Assembly: GCA_964016885.1 (NCBI GenBank)
Contig: OZ024742.1
Location: 255,130,001 to 255,194,000, forward strand
Length of the DNA: 64,000 nt
Reading direction: 5' to 3'
From: Eledone cirrhosa
Lineage: Eukaryota
Part shown: piece by piece, positions 62,018 to 64,000 of the stretch
Numbering within the stretch: position 1 is the first letter of the stretch
Layout of the letters: each line of letters starts with the position of its first letter
The notes under the pieces: model-generated
What the model saw: the letters and a program-made list of their open reading frames with translations, nothing else
Told to the model about the DNA's origin: nothing
Database searches by the model: none
Program-made: the position numbers and the translations under genes

Positions 62018-62212
62018 AGGGCGGTGGATTGGCAGTATCGGTAGAGAGTCGGACGCCATGCTTTCCAGCATAGTTACGTCCCTTTACGGTTTGAGTTCAA
62101 ATCCCGCCAAGGTTAACTTTGCCTTTCATCCTTACGGGGTCGATAAAATAAAGTACCAGTAATGTACTGGTAATTTGCTGGCCTTGTGCCAAAAGTAGAA
62201 ACAATTATTATT
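62018..62212 (+). mobile_element. Full-length tRNA-derived SINE
   Basis: GGGCGGTGGATTGGCAGTATCGG (A box), GAGTTCAAATCC (B box), the central domain and an (ATT)n tail. Confidence 0.9.
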
Positions 62213-64000
62213 GTTCTTTGAGTCTCAGTCATTGATGTTATTTAACTGGAAAGTGTGTTGTAATGAATATCAAGCCGCTACCTGCAGCCTCAGATATTCA
62301 GGACGTATCGGAGGGTTCTTGCTATTCCCAGCAAGCATGCTTTTGAGGTGTTCCAAAAAGCAGGGCTGGACTAACTTTCTTTAACCATCCTTGGAAACTC
62401 TTTGAGATAGTACCTAGTGCGCCTATGACAATCGGGACGACTCTGACTTCATGGCAGTTCCAAATCCTTTTTACCTCCCACTTTAAGTCCTGGTATCAGT
62501 TAATTTTCTCCCTCTCCTTTTCTTGCAATCTCGTGTCAAATGGGCCGGCTACATCTACAATCAGGCACGATCTTTTTCCTTGTCCAAAACCACCAGGTGA
62601 GGCCTATTGTGTTCCAGTTTCTTATCCGTCTGTATCCTAAAATCCCATAGCACCTTCACCAGATCGTTTTCTATCACCGACTCTGGCTTATGCTCATACC
62701 ACTTCTCAGAATGTGGTAAATTGTTTACTTTGCATAGGTGCCAGATCACCCTGCCCATCACATCATGTATCCAGCCTTTATAGTGAGTCTGGGCTAGGTG
62801 TTTACACTCGGATACAATGTGAGCCACAGTCTCCTCTCTCTCCACAGATCCTACACAATGGGATAGCCGCCTCCTTGTAAATATGGTGTTTCACCCACTT
62901 AGTTTTGAGTGACTGCTCTTGTGCAGTCATTAGCATTCCTTCTGTAGCTTTGTTAGGATCTCCTCTTTTTAATTAATTCCATGTCTGGATCTCAGAATTC
63001 CATTTTCAGACGTGATTTTAATACGCTCCTTACTCTCCTAATATACTCAGATCTTATCAATTCCTTCATGTTTTTTGTTCTTGATGTCATCTGCCTCCAG
63101 AACACCTAAATATTTGTATCCTTCTTCAGTGTCAATTTCCTTTATCATCTCACCTGTTGGTACCTGGATTCCGTTGCTTCTGCTCAATTTACCCCTCTTC
63201 ATCACTAGGACTCCACACTTATTAATCCCAAATTCCATACATATATCACTGCTGAAAATACGGACAGTGTCAACAAACACATCCAACTCCTTCTCACTCT
63301 TCCCAAAGAGTTTAAGATCGTCAATGAAGAGGAGGTGGTTGATGGTAAACTCTCCTTTTCCCAACTTGTATCCTGCTCTCACTCTTCACAGCATAATGGT
63401 CAGGGGTATCAGGGCAAGGACAAACAACAGAGGGGACAGACTATCTCCCTGGAAGATACCTCTCTTGATCTTCACGCCTCCCAAGGATTCTCCACCCGAT
63501 GTTAATTCTGTTTCTTTTGCTCAACAACTGTCTGATGTTATCTGAAACCTTGAAGATCTCTAGGCTTTTGGTGATCCAAGAATGAGGTACCATGTCGAAT
63601 GCCTTTTTGTAGTCTATCCTTCCCATGGCAAGACCAGTGTGTCTCCTCTTGCAATTACTCATTACCATCTTATCAATAAGTAGCTGGTCTTTTGTACCAC
63701 GAGACTTCTTTCGGCATCCTTTCTGTTCGTCCGGTAACAAGTTGTTTGTGTGGAGGTGATGGTAGATTTCCTCAGACACAATGTTTGTTAACAGTTTTCA
63801 CATTACAGATAGACATGTGATAGGTCTATAGTTGGTAACATCATTACCCTTGATTCGGTCTTTCATTGCCAGAACTGTGGTAGTCTTTGTCAACCACTCT
63901 GGTACCTCACCCGACTCAAGAATTGAACATGGTTGTCAGTTTCTGGTGGAGGGATGGTATATTTTTAATCCAATGCCCCTGCGCACCATCTGGGCCTGGT
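62213..64000 (-). mobile_element. Decayed R4/Dong-like family A LINE with internal deletions, running off the window end
   Basis: Colinear with 6287-8480; [20 protein letters not shown] and HNRP. Confidence 0.92.

Noticed and set aside
62018-62105. tRNA gene
   Set aside because: The A and B boxes belong to a multi-copy SINE head; there is no complete cloverleaf.

Overview
Animal genomic DNA that is almost entirely repeats. The SINE and RTE tail sequences resemble those I recall from octopod cephalopods; this is an inference, not a search result. I found no confident host gene and no prokaryotic features. The window holds: (i) R4/Dong-like RLE LINEs of at least three families, one with an intact 805-aa RT-CCHC-RLE frame; (ii) two divergent L1/Tx1-like families, as two full-length decayed copies and one young 5'-truncated copy; (iii) several decayed RTE LINEs ending in (GAT)n; (iv) two Penelope-like elements (PLEs; RT and/or GIY-YIG), one forming a 5.3-kb structure with ~2-kb inverted arms; (v) tRNA-derived SINEs, a TTAA-flanked MITE, a 32-bp minisatellite and many microsatellites. 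Three signals stand out beyond this inventory. (1) In both L1/Tx1 families the ORF1 stop sits inside a perfect AG|GTAAGT donor, followed by a pyrimidine tract and a first AG 52-53 nt later. Splicing there would fuse ORF1 to ORF2 in frame. (2) About 14 minimal type-I hammerhead ribozyme motifs, intact or decayed, lie in PLE termini and in short non-coding elements between (TA)n tracts. They include a ~345-bp tandem-plus-inverted retrozyme-like unit, a covarying pair and a U3-A8 core variant. (3) The elements show microsatellite targeting with consistent strand polarity, and several junctions record how they integrated. All folds and alignments were made by eye, and boundaries of decayed elements are approximate.
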